The notes beneath the pieces are model-generated. The model did no database searches. It saw only the letters and a list, made by a program, of their open reading frames with translations, and was not told the DNA's origin. Positions 9,513 to 18,148 of a DNA stretch of 64,000 nucleotides are shown one piece after another (positions within the stretch are counted from its first letter, which is position 1; the number at the start of each line of letters is the position of its first letter). The translations under genes were made by a program, and so were the position numbers. The stretch comes from Candidatus Latescibacterota bacterium. GTDB lineage: Bacteria > Latescibacterota > UBA2968 > UBA8231. The DNA lies in assembly GCA_965248355.1 (NCBI GenBank), contig OZ252098.1:160001-224000 (forward strand). Direction: 5' to 3'.

Positions 9513-10355
9513 ATGCCTTCGGTGGCAAGCAGGATGGGAATGCTGGTCTTGGGGACCCTCGGACTGGGCTGCGGCGCGCAAGAGGGGGGCGTGGGGGACG
9601 CGGGCGGCCGCCCCCTTCTGGTGGCGGAGCTGCCGGGCGGCGTGGAGATGGAGTTCGTGCGGATCGACTCCGGCGCTTTCCTCAGGGGCTCCCCCGTTAC
9701 GGAGCCGGGGAGGGACGCGGACGAGAGCCCTCTCAGGGAAGTGAGGATTTCCGGACCCTTCCATCTGGGGCGCACCGAGATCACCCAGGCCCAGTGGGAG
9801 GCCGTCATGGGCAGCCGGCCGTGGGCAGGCCTGGACTTCGTGCAGGAGGGGCCGGAGTACCCGGCCGTGAACGTCTCCTGGCACGAGGTGCAGGGGTTCG
9901 CGGCCAGGATGAACACCTTGGCCGGTGCGGACCTCTACCGTCTCCCTACCGAGGCGGAGTGGGAGTACGCCTGCCGGGCCGGGACCACGACACGCTGGTC
10001 CTTCGGCGACGACCCGTCGATGCTGGGCGACTACGCCTGGCACACGGGCAACACCTGGGACGCGGGAGAGCGCTACGCCCACGCTGTGGCTACCCGGAGT
10101 CCCAATCCGTGGGGGCTCCACGACATGCATGGAAATGTGAGCGAGTGGGCACAGGACTGGTACGTCGCCGACTACTATGGCCATGCCTCTCCCACGGATC
10201 CCCAGGGCCCGGTCACCGGTGAGCAGCGGGTCTATCGTGGCGGGTACTTCCACCACAACGGGGTTCGGCGTCTGCGTTCGGCCAACCGCTTCTTTGCGTG
10301 GCCGCAGGCTCGTGCCGCCTCTGTCGGGGCCCGCCTGTTCCGGAGCAGTCCCTGA
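9513..10355 (+). CDS. FGE-sulfatase (SUMF1-like) domain lipoprotein
   Basis: LGLGC lipobox. RLPTEAEWEYACRAG, PNPWGLHDMHGNVSEW and RVYRGG motifs. Confidence 0.9.
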   Translation: MPSVASRMGMLVLGTLGLGCGAQEGGVGDAGGRPLLVAELPGGVEMEFVRIDSGAFLRGSPVTEPGRDADESPLREVRISGPFHLGRTEITQAQWEAVMGSRPWAGLDFVQEGPEYPAVNVSWHEVQGFAARMNTLAGADLYRLPTEAEWEYACRAGTTTRWSFGDDPSMLGDYAWHTGNTWDAGERYAHAVATRSPNPWGLHDMHGNVSEWAQDWYVADYYGHASPTDPQGPVTGEQRVYRGGYFHHNGVRRLRSANRFFAWPQARAASVGARLFRSSP

Positions 10356-10362
10356 TTCCGCC

Positions 10363-13300
10363 ATGGCGTCGCAGATGCGGTCGTGGACGTCGAAGCTGGC
10401 GGCCGTCGCTCTGGGCTTCGGCATCCTGGCGGCTGCAGAGGCAGGGCTGCGGCTCACGAACGCCGGAGGGCCGCCGTCGTTCCTGGTGACCTTGTCCGAG
10501 CACGGGGGGCAGCGGTTGCGCAGCGTCAACCCGTCGTACCCGAAGCGATACTTCCTCGATCGCCACCAGGGCCAACTCATCGCCAGGGGGCGCATGGATG
10601 CCCACCCCTTCCTTGAACCCGCGTCCCCCGGCTGCTTCCGGGTCGCCTTCGTGGGCGCTTCCACGGTAAGGGGCTTTCCCCATCCCCGCTCCCTGTCGGC
10701 CGCCGCTTTCGTGGAAGCCATGCTGGCGGACGCCTGGCCCGGACGAGATGTGCAAGTCTTCAATCTGGGCATCCCTGCCCTGGCCAGCTTCGCGGTGGCC
10801 CAGGTGCTGGAGGACGCCATGGGGCTGGAGCCCGACCTGGTGGTGGTCTACGCGGGGCACAACGAGTACTACGGCATCGACGGCGCGGTCGACCAGTGGG
10901 GTCCCCTGCGCAATCGCCTCCGCCACGCCCTGGTGGAGGGCCGCATCCCCTGGATGATGTACGCTCTGCGTGATCGCGTCCTCGGCACGGAGGTCACCGG
11001 TGCCGACCTGATCCAGGTGCTGGGTGAGCGCGGCTCGCTATCGCCTGGAGACCATCGCCGGCAGTCGGCTCCGGCCTACCTTGGTGACAATCTCTCCCGC
11101 ATGGCCGGGATCTGCCGGAGTGCACAGGTTCCCGTGATCCTGTGCACCCTGGCTGCCAACGATGCCGGCTTCGCCCCCGCCGGCTCCGAGAGCCCGGGGC
11201 TGCCCGCCGAGGAGCTCTCCCTCTGGCAGGGAGGGCTCGTATTGGCCGCCGAGGCGCTGCTCCAGGATGCGGTCAGCCCCGAGGCGGCCGCCGAGGCCCT
11301 GGCCCGGATCGAGGGCGCCGAAGCCCTGGAGGTCCGCAGCGCGTGGCTGCAGTACCTGAAAGGGCGGGCCCTTCTGGAGCTCGGCGACGCAGGCAAGGCG
11401 CGCTCCGCCTTCGCCATGGCCCGCGAGTTGGACACCATGCCCTGGCGCGCCCCCGAAAGCCACAACCGGGCCATTCGCGCGGCGGCCGGGGAGAGCGGCG
11501 CGGTGCTGGCCGATGTGGCCCACGCCTTCGCGGAGGTTGCGCCGCCGGAGGGCGTGGGCTGGGGACTGATGGTCGACCACGTACATCCCTCCATCGCCGG
11601 GCAGCTCCTGATGGCCCGCACCATCGCGGCCGCCATATCCCAGGTCCCGGCTGCCACCGTGCCCCCCGTGGACGCCCGACGTCTCCGGGGGGATGAGGAG
11701 TACCGGCGGCTCCTGGGCGACGTTCCGGTGCTGCGGTGGCAGGTGGACCACAACATGGCCGAGCTCCTGGCGAGCCCTCCCCTGGACCGCTACAACGCCC
11801 ATAACGCCATCCGTTTCCAGCGTTTGGCCGCACAGGGCTGGCGGCAGCTGACCAGGGCAGAGCAGCAGGGGGTCATCGGGCCCACGCGGCATCCGGTAGA
11901 CGTTCCGCTGGTCCTGAAGGTGGCGGACCGGCTCTTCGCCGCCGAGGACATGTCCCGGGCCCGGATCTACTACGCCGCATCCCGGCGCCAGGCCCCCTTT
12001 GCGGCAGTGGGAGACCTGTGGGCGGCCGCGCGGTGGGCTCAAGCCATACGGCGGTCGGGGCGCGACCTGACGCCGGTGGAGCAGGCGCGCCTGGAGGAGT
12101 GCCTGGCGCGTCTGCCCTTTGTCGTTCCGGCGCCGGAGCTCGACTCGTCTTTCATGGCAAGGGTCGAGAGGCAGCTGAAGGACCTGTTGGGACGCCCCCA
12201 ACAGGCGCCGCAAGGGCTTGGGTACCAGCCCGCCGTGGGCGACCGTGTTTCCCTACGGTCGCCACAGAGTCGCGGCGAGGTAGCGCTCGCTCTCGGGCCG
12301 GTCGCAGAAATAGTAGACCGTCACCACGGTGCCGTCCGGCCGCTGCACGGTACGGGGGTAGCCGATATCGTGGCATCCGGCGCGGTCGCGCAGCACGATG
12401 GGCTCTCCCCACGTGGTCCCTTCGTCCTCGCTCAACCGGGCGTGAATCTGGTGGGGTGCATCGCGGTATCCGCAGATCAGGCACAGGCGGCCGTCGTGGA
12501 GCCGGTTGAGGGTGGGGGGATTGCCTCCTGTTCCCGTGTTCTCCACGGGGCGGTTCATCAGGGCCCAGGTGAGTCCCTCGTCATTGGAAGCGTAGAGGTC
12601 GATCCAGTTGCGGTCCGGGCCCGCATCCTCGGGGCCGCGGCAGCGCACGGCGACCAGCAGGCGAGATGGCGAGATCCGCAGACTTGCGGGCATGATGCTG
12701 AAGCCCTCGGGCTCGCGGCCGATCCACGCCCGCAGAGGAAAGGTGCGCCCGCCGTCGTCGGTGCGCGCACAGAACACGCGTCCCTCCCTTCCGTCGGCCT
12801 TGGTGGCCGTCAGGAAGAGGGTGCAGGTGAGCCCATTGTCGACGAGGTAGTCCGTGCGTGCTTCCACGCCCGTGGGGCTGTACATGGGGAGACGGAAGGG
12901 TCCCTGCCACGAGGCACACCGATCGGTGGAGGTGTAGAAGAACGAGACGGTGCCTGCGTCCAGTCCCGTCTTGGCGCACATGAGGGCGAAGTCGGGATGG
13001 GAGAAGTCGATGCCGCCGGGAGACTCGGCCAGCAGGTTCTGTGCGCCGAGGGCTTCGCCCACGCGCAGGCCTGCGGTCATATGCTCGTCGGCGGACAGGC
13101 CGCGGCCTCCGGGCGTTCGGCACGGGGTCGGCTCCGCGGTCCACGTGACGCCGCCGTCGCGGCTGCGGGCCTGCATGCTGACGAAGGGCCGCGAGCGATC
13201 CCGCGCGTGAAAGCCGCCATCGGTGTCGTGGTAGCCGAGGGTGAAGCCGACGACGATCTCGTCGCCCCACGACCAGATGCCGTAGTTGGCGGGCCAGCCG

Positions 13301-13365
13301 GCGTAGCGCCCGGGCTCGCGGTAGATGACGACGTGCTTCATTTGCGCCAAGCCAGATGCTCGTGA
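10363..13365 (+). CDS. SGNH/GDSL hydrolase-like membrane-anchored protein with TPR; recognisable part ends near 12200 and the ORF continues antisense to the sialidase-like gene
   Basis: VAFVGASTVRG (Ser block), YAGHNE and DHVHP (DxxH). No stop until 13363-13365. Confidence 0.7.
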   Translation: MASQMRSWTSKLAAVALGFGILAAAEAGLRLTNAGGPPSFLVTLSEHGGQRLRSVNPSYPKRYFLDRHQGQLIARGRMDAHPFLEPASPGCFRVAFVGASTVRGFPHPRSLSAAAFVEAMLADAWPGRDVQVFNLGIPALASFAVAQVLEDAMGLEPDLVVVYAGHNEYYGIDGAVDQWGPLRNRLRHALVEGRIPWMMYALRDRVLGTEVTGADLIQVLGERGSLSPGDHRRQSAPAYLGDNLSRMAGICRSAQVPVILCTLAANDAGFAPAGSESPGLPAEELSLWQGGLVLAAEALLQDAVSPEAAAEALARIEGAEALEVRSAWLQYLKGRALLELGDAGKARSAFAMARELDTMPWRAPESHNRAIRAAAGESGAVLADVAHAFAEVAPPEGVGWGLMVDHVHPSIAGQLLMARTIAAAISQVPAATVPPVDARRLRGDEEYRRLLGDVPVLRWQVDHNMAELLASPPLDRYNAHNAIRFQRLAAQGWRQLTRAEQQGVIGPTRHPVDVPLVLKVADRLFAAEDMSRARIYYAASRRQAPFAAVGDLWAAARWAQAIRRSGRDLTPVEQARLEECLARLPFVVPAPELDSSFMARVERQLKDLLGRPQQAPQGLGYQPAVGDRVSLRSPQSRGEVALALGPVAEIVDRHHGAVRPLHGTGVADIVASGAVAQHDGLSPRGPFVLAQPGVNLVGCIAVSADQAQAAVVEPVEGGGIASCSRVLHGAVHQGPGESLVIGSVEVDPVAVRARILGAAAAHGDQQARWRDPQTCGHDAEALGLAADPRPQRKGAPAVVGARTEHASLPSVGLGGRQEEGAGEPIVDEVVRACFHARGAVHGETEGSLPRGTPIGGGVEERDGACVQSRLGAHEGEVGMGEVDAAGRLGQQVLCAEGFAHAQACGHMLVGGQAAASGRSARGRLRGPRDAAVAAAGLHADEGPRAIPRVKAAIGVVVAEGEADDDLVAPRPDAVVGGPAGVAPGLAVDDDVLHLRQARCS
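12183..12205. terminator. Possible hairpin between convergent SGNH and sialidase-like coding regions
   Basis: CCTGTTGGG-acgcc-CCCAACAGG is a perfect 9-bp inverted repeat. No U-tract. Confidence 0.3.
12253..13341 (-). CDS. BNR/Asp-box repeat sialidase-family (exo-alpha-sialidase-like) protein, no signal peptide
   Basis: Asp-boxes SRDGGVTW, STDRCASW, TDDGGRTF, SNDEGLTW, SEDEGTTW; DIGYP near the C-terminus. Confidence 0.85.
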   Translation of the reverse strand: MKHVVIYREPGRYAGWPANYGIWSWGDEIVVGFTLGYHDTDGGFHARDRSRPFVSMQARSRDGGVTWTAEPTPCRTPGGRGLSADEHMTAGLRVGEALGAQNLLAESPGGIDFSHPDFALMCAKTGLDAGTVSFFYTSTDRCASWQGPFRLPMYSPTGVEARTDYLVDNGLTCTLFLTATKADGREGRVFCARTDDGGRTFPLRAWIGREPEGFSIMPASLRISPSRLLVAVRCRGPEDAGPDRNWIDLYASNDEGLTWALMNRPVENTGTGGNPPTLNRLHDGRLCLICGYRDAPHQIHARLSEDEGTTWGEPIVLRDRAGCHDIGYPRTVQRPDGTVVTVYYFCDRPESERYLAATLWRP

Positions 13366-14768
13366 GCTGTCCATGGTGCAGTGAATGGGTCCTGTGGCTG
13401 CTGGCCGCCGTGGCCGGAGGCACGGCCTGGCTGGTGGGACGGAGCGGGGCTGAGGGCATCGCCCGGCCCATGGGCTGGGGGTCCTTCGTCCTGTTCACCA
13501 TGGGGGCCGGCTTCTGGATGTTCAGCGATACGTACGCCTACTACTACGCCGAGAAGGAGTCGGCCCTGCGCTTTGCCTACTGGGGCTCCTATCGCGAGCA
13601 CCAGATGTGGGGAGAGATCATCCAGGCCTTCAGGCAGCGCTACCCGGAGATCGGCGTCAAGCGGGAGTACATCACGGACCGCTACAGCGAGAAGATCCAG
13701 CAGCTGTTGCTGGCCGACGAGGCGCCGGACGTCATGATGTTCCAGGACGAGCCCTTCCCGCGCTTTGTCTCCAGCGGCAAGTTCGAGGCCCTCGATGCGT
13801 ACTGCCGGCAACCGGACCGGCCGCTGGACCTGGAGAACCACTTCTTCAAGACCTCGGTGCCCCACTTCCAGGTGGATGGCCGGACCTATGGGATCCCGGT
13901 GTTCGGCGGCAACTGCCTGATTCTCTACAACCGCGATGCCTTCCGGGAGGCCGGGTTGCCGGAGCCGCCGGATCGCTGGACCATGGATGAGTTCCTTGCC
14001 ACCTGCCAACGCATCACCGCGGACACCAACGCCGATGGCAGGATGGACCGGTACGCTTTCCTGGTTCCCTCCTGGGTCTACTGGATGCCCTTCCACTTCG
14101 CCTACGGCGGCCGGTACCTCGACCGGACGCGGCGCCACTGGCGCCTGTGGGGCCCCGAGGCCGAGACCTCCTTCGCCTTCTGGCAGGATCTGCGTCATCG
14201 TCACCACGTGGCGCCCCACCGGGACGAACTGGGGGAGACCGGCGGGGTGGCCTTCATGACGGGTCGAGTGGCGATGCAGGTGAACGGGCCGTGGGCGATG
14301 CCGCCGCTCAACGCGGCCGGGGTGAGCTACGATGTGGCCCACACACCGTCCGGTCCGGGGGGGCGGGCCACCCGGGTGACGTGGGACGCGCTGGTGATGT
14401 TCGGCGGATCCCGGAAGAAGGACCAGGCCTGGAAGTTCATCCACTTCGCCCTCGGTCTCGAGGCCCAGGAGATCGTGGCCCGGTACCAGCGCTCGATTCC
14501 CGCCCTCAAGGCGGCCGGACAGGCCTTCATCGACGCCAACCCGGAGGTTCGTGCCGGACGGTTCATCGAGGCCCTCGAGTACTCGCGCTTCCAGCCGATC
14601 ACGGCGAACTGGGCCCTCATGTCCCGGGAGGTGTCCAGCGAGACCGACCTGATGCTCGATGACCGGCAGACGCCGCGCCAGACCCTGCTGGACCTGGTGC
14701 GCAACGTGCACCTGTCCGAGCGATTCATCATGCCCCAGGCGGGATCGGCCGGGGAGACCGGCCGGTAA
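13356..14768 (+). CDS. Sugar ABC transporter substrate-binding protein (CUT1 type), start uncertain
   Basis: APDVMMF, YGIP...LYNRDAFREAG, FMTGRVAMQVNGPW. Directly precedes two permeases. Confidence 0.88.
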   Translation: MLVSCPWCSEWVLWLLAAVAGGTAWLVGRSGAEGIARPMGWGSFVLFTMGAGFWMFSDTYAYYYAEKESALRFAYWGSYREHQMWGEIIQAFRQRYPEIGVKREYITDRYSEKIQQLLLADEAPDVMMFQDEPFPRFVSSGKFEALDAYCRQPDRPLDLENHFFKTSVPHFQVDGRTYGIPVFGGNCLILYNRDAFREAGLPEPPDRWTMDEFLATCQRITADTNADGRMDRYAFLVPSWVYWMPFHFAYGGRYLDRTRRHWRLWGPEAETSFAFWQDLRHRHHVAPHRDELGETGGVAFMTGRVAMQVNGPWAMPPLNAAGVSYDVAHTPSGPGGRATRVTWDALVMFGGSRKKDQAWKFIHFALGLEAQEIVARYQRSIPALKAAGQAFIDANPEVRAGRFIEALEYSRFQPITANWALMSREVSSETDLMLDDRQTPRQTLLDLVRNVHLSERFIMPQAGSAGETGR

Positions 14769-14777
14769 GAGGGCGCC

Positions 14778-15713
14778 ATGAGTCTGCGGACCCGGACCCG
14801 CGAGAGCCTGACGGGCTACCTCTTCGCCATGCCCTGGCTCGTCGGCTTCTTCGGCCTGGCCCTGGGCCCCATGATCGCCTCCTTCCTGCTGGCCTTCATT
14901 CGCTGGGACGGGATCAGCGCGGAGACCATCGGCTGGGTGGGACTGGGCAACTACGCTCGGGCCGCCGCTGATCCCGACGTGGCCATCGCCCTTTGGAACA
15001 CCGCCTACTACAGCTTCATCAGCGTCCCCATGGGTCTGGCCGTGGCCCTGTTTCTGGCCCTCCTCCTGAACCAGCCACTGCGCGGCATCTCCTTCTTCCG
15101 CACCATTTTCTACATGCCGGCCCTGGTAGGGGGGGTGGCGACCATCATGATGTGGCTCTGGGTCTTCAACCCGGAGTACGGGCTGCTCAACTCGATGCTC
15201 CTGCGGGCCGGTCATCTGCTCGCGGCCCTGGGCCTGGAACAGGCGGCCGGGTGGCCCCTTCCCAAGTGGATCTTCAGCGACCTGTGGGCCAAGCCGGCCC
15301 TCATCCTGATGAGCCTGTGGGGCACCGGCTCCTCGATGTTGATCTTCCTGGCGGCCCTGCAGAATGTGCCTGAGTCTCTGTACGAAGCCGCCGAGCTGGA
15401 CGGTGCCGGAAGCTGGAGGAAGTTCGTCTTCATCACCTTGCCCCAGATCTCTCCGGCCCTCTTCTTCAACCTCGTCATGGGCATCATCGGCTCCTTCCAG
15501 GTCTTCACACAAGCCTTCCTGATGACCCAGGGCGGGCCCAACAAGGCTACCCTGTTCTACGTGCTGTATCTGTACAACAAGGCCTTCGGCGACTTCGAGA
15601 TCGGCTACGCGAGCGCCCTGTCGTGGATCCTCTTCGTCATCATCATGGCCTTCACCGCCCTCGTCTTCCGATCGAGCAAGTTCTGGGTCTACTACGAAGG
15701 AGAGGGGCGTTGA
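14778..15713 (+). CDS. Carbohydrate ABC transporter permease
   Basis: EAA loop LYEAAELDGAG, six TM segments, WVGLGNY. Confidence 0.95.
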   Translation: MSLRTRTRESLTGYLFAMPWLVGFFGLALGPMIASFLLAFIRWDGISAETIGWVGLGNYARAAADPDVAIALWNTAYYSFISVPMGLAVALFLALLLNQPLRGISFFRTIFYMPALVGGVATIMMWLWVFNPEYGLLNSMLLRAGHLLAALGLEQAAGWPLPKWIFSDLWAKPALILMSLWGTGSSMLIFLAALQNVPESLYEAAELDGAGSWRKFVFITLPQISPALFFNLVMGIIGSFQVFTQAFLMTQGGPNKATLFYVLYLYNKAFGDFEIGYASALSWILFVIIMAFTALVFRSSKFWVYYEGEGR

Positions 15714-16588
15714 CTGCCGTGAGCCGGCACCGCATGAGGTCGAGCAGGTACTACCGCCTGCAGCGCGGGCTGCTGCGGGGTGCCCTGTACTCCGTGGCCA
15801 TCGGCCTGTCGATCGTGTTCCTCTTTCCCCTGTTGTGGGCCGTGGGGGCGTCCTTCAAGCCCCTCATCGAGGTCTACCGCTTTCCCCCCACTTTCTTCCA
15901 CTGGCCGCCGCAACTGGGCAACTACTCCGAGGCCCTCTCCAAGCTGCCCTTCCTGCGTTTTCTCGGCAACACCCTGGTGATCACCTTGGCCGTCACCGTC
16001 GGCCAGTTGTTGTCCGGTTCCCTCGTGGGCTATGCCTTTGCCCGCCTGCGGTGGCCAGGCCGCGACCTGTGGTTCGCATGCCTCCTGGGCACCCTGATGC
16101 TCCCGGGGCAGGTCCTGCTGATCCCTCACTACCTGATCTTCAAGAACTTCGGGTGGATCAACACCTACAAGCCCCTCATCGTCCCGGCGTGGCTGGGGGG
16201 CAGCGCCTTCTTCATCTTCCTCTTCCGCCAGTTCTTCAAGGGAGTCCCCGGCGATCTGATCGATGCGGCGAGGATCGACGGCGCCAGCGAGTTGCGCATC
16301 TACGCGAACCTCTTCGTGCCCCTGGCCAAGCCCGTGATGATCACGGTCGGCGTGTTGTGCTTCATACAACAATGGCAGGAGTTCATGATGCCTCTCATCT
16401 ACCTGTCCGACTACGAGCGCTATCCTATTTCACTGGGACTGCGCATGTATCAGCAGGTAGAGGGCGGCGCATTCGTGCATTACCTGATGGCGGCCAGCGC
16501 CGTGGCCCTGGCGCCGCTGCTGGTCCTCTTCTTCCTGGCCCAGCGATTCATCGTCAGGAACCTGCTCTTCACCGGATCGAGAACCTAA
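15710..16588 (+). CDS. Carbohydrate ABC transporter permease
   Basis: TTGA overlap. LIDAARIDGAS EAA loop, FLFRQFF. Confidence 0.93.
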   Translation: MTAVSRHRMRSSRYYRLQRGLLRGALYSVAIGLSIVFLFPLLWAVGASFKPLIEVYRFPPTFFHWPPQLGNYSEALSKLPFLRFLGNTLVITLAVTVGQLLSGSLVGYAFARLRWPGRDLWFACLLGTLMLPGQVLLIPHYLIFKNFGWINTYKPLIVPAWLGGSAFFIFLFRQFFKGVPGDLIDAARIDGASELRIYANLFVPLAKPVMITVGVLCFIQQWQEFMMPLIYLSDYERYPISLGLRMYQQVEGGAFVHYLMAASAVALAPLLVLFFLAQRFIVRNLLFTGSRT

Positions 16589-16605
16589 CCAGAGAGGGTG
16601 GTCTC

Positions 16606-17298
16606 ATGGAACTGATCAGCGAGCTGTGGAACGCGATGGCCTTCACCGGCAAGACGGTGGTGGTCGTGCTGGCCGTGCTCTCCATCTACTCCTACGCCGT
16701 GATGATCGACCGGGCCCTGGCCCTGCGCTGGGCGCGCGAGAGGTCGGAGGCGCTGGCTGCGGAGTTCGAGGCTGTCATCGACCACAGTGTCGATGTGGGA
16801 GAGCTGAGCAACCATGTGCAGCAGGCCGTGGAGGCGGGTCACAATCCGCTGGGCACGGTGCTGCAGGGGGCCCTGAAGGAGTACGTCATGCTCACAGGTG
16901 AAGAGGAGTCCCACGAGTTGGTGACGGAGGGGGTGGAAGTCGAGGTGGGCCGCGGACTGGACGTGGCCGTGGCCAACCTGCGAGTGCGCTTGCCCGGCAT
17001 GGCCACGATTGTGGGCGTGGCACCGTTCCTGGGGCTCTTCGGAACGGTCACGGGACTGATCTCGGCCTTCAGGGGGATCGCCACCGGCGGCGGCGGGGGA
17101 CTGGCGGCGGTCTCCGCCGGCATCTCGGAGGCGCTGGTGACCACCGTCATCGGCCTCTTCGTAGCCATGCCGGCCCTGTGGGCCTACAACGTCTTCATGC
17201 ACCGGGTGGACAACCTGGCCATCGGGCTTCACAACTCCGCCTCCCGCCTCACGGGCCACTGTGTCCGTCGATTGCTCCGCGCCAGCCGGGCGGCCTGA
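16606..17298 (+). CDS. exbB: MotA/TolQ/ExbB proton-channel family protein
   Basis: APFLGLFGTVTGLISAF and GISEALVTTVIGLFVAMPA motifs. Confidence 0.93.
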   Translation: MELISELWNAMAFTGKTVVVVLAVLSIYSYAVMIDRALALRWARERSEALAAEFEAVIDHSVDVGELSNHVQQAVEAGHNPLGTVLQGALKEYVMLTGEEESHELVTEGVEVEVGRGLDVAVANLRVRLPGMATIVGVAPFLGLFGTVTGLISAFRGIATGGGGGLAAVSAGISEALVTTVIGLFVAMPALWAYNVFMHRVDNLAIGLHNSASRLTGHCVRRLLRASRAA

Positions 17299-17313
17299 AG
17301 GGAGGCCCGGGCG

Positions 17314-17754
17314 ATGGCCAAGAAGAGGGTCTTCCACAGCCTGACATTGCGGGCGAGACCGCGCAAGAGCCCCTTGCCCGACGTGACCCCCCTGGTGAAC
17401 GTGGCGCTGGTCCTGCTCATCGTGTTCATGGTGGTCATGCCCATCATCCAGGAGGGCATCCGCGTCGATACGCCGGAAGCCGTGAACCTGACCGAGATCA
17501 CCGAGCAGGGCCAGGAGCACGTCGTCATCTCCTGCAAGGAAGACGGGAGGCTGTACCTGAACATGCGCGAAGTGCCCCTCGAAGGCCTGCGGGAAGAGCT
17601 GGCCAGGGAGTACCGGGGCAAGGAGCACCTTCCCGTCGTCATCAAGGGTGCTCGCAACCGTCCCTACAGCGATATCCTCCAGCTGATCGAGATCTGCCAG
17701 AACGCGGGCGCCTCCGGCGTCGAGCTCATGGCCAGGAAGAAGGGGGGAGGCTGA
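17314..17754 (+). CDS. exbD: ExbD/TolR family protein; the conserved TM Asp is replaced by Asn
   Basis: DVTPLVNVALVLLIVFMV TM. Periplasmic VVIKG...PYSDI domain. Confidence 0.88.
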   Translation: MAKKRVFHSLTLRARPRKSPLPDVTPLVNVALVLLIVFMVVMPIIQEGIRVDTPEAVNLTEITEQGQEHVVISCKEDGRLYLNMREVPLEGLREELAREYRGKEHLPVVIKGARNRPYSDILQLIEICQNAGASGVELMARKKGGG

Positions 17755-17755
17755 C

Positions 17756-18148
17756 ATGTACACGACGAAGAGCACCCAGTCCGAGTCGACGATCAACGTC
17801 ACCCCTCTGGCGGATGTATCACTCTCCCTCCTGCTCGGGTTCATGGTCATCACGCCGATCATCTTCCAGACGCTCTCGGCAACCCTCCCCCAGGGGGCGG
17901 GCACGGCTTCGGGCCAGGTCAAGCCGGACCCGATCGTGGAGTATACGGCGGACAAGCGCATCCTCCTGGATACGAAGGAGGTCACCATGGAGGAGCTCCT
18001 GCGCAAGATCGACGAACTCTACCCACCTGGATCCAAGGCCAGCCGCAAGGTGATGTTCACGGGCTCCGGCGAGCTTCCGTACGACGAGATCATCACCTTC
18101 CTGGACCAACTTCGGGACCACGGGGTCGAGACCATCGGCATACGATGA
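17756..18148 (+). CDS. exbD: ExbD/TolR family protein (canonical Asp)
   Basis: INVTPLADVSLSLLLGFMV; ELPYDEIITFLDQLRDHGVETIG. Confidence 0.9.
   Translation: MYTTKSTQSESTINVTPLADVSLSLLLGFMVITPIIFQTLSATLPQGAGTASGQVKPDPIVEYTADKRILLDTKEVTMEELLRKIDELYPPGSKASRKVMFTGSGELPYDEIITFLDQLRDHGVETIGIR

Noticed and set aside
9513-10355. Diversity-generating retroelement target (C-type-lectin/FGE fold)
   Set aside because: No reverse transcriptase and no adenine-variant template repeat seen in the window.
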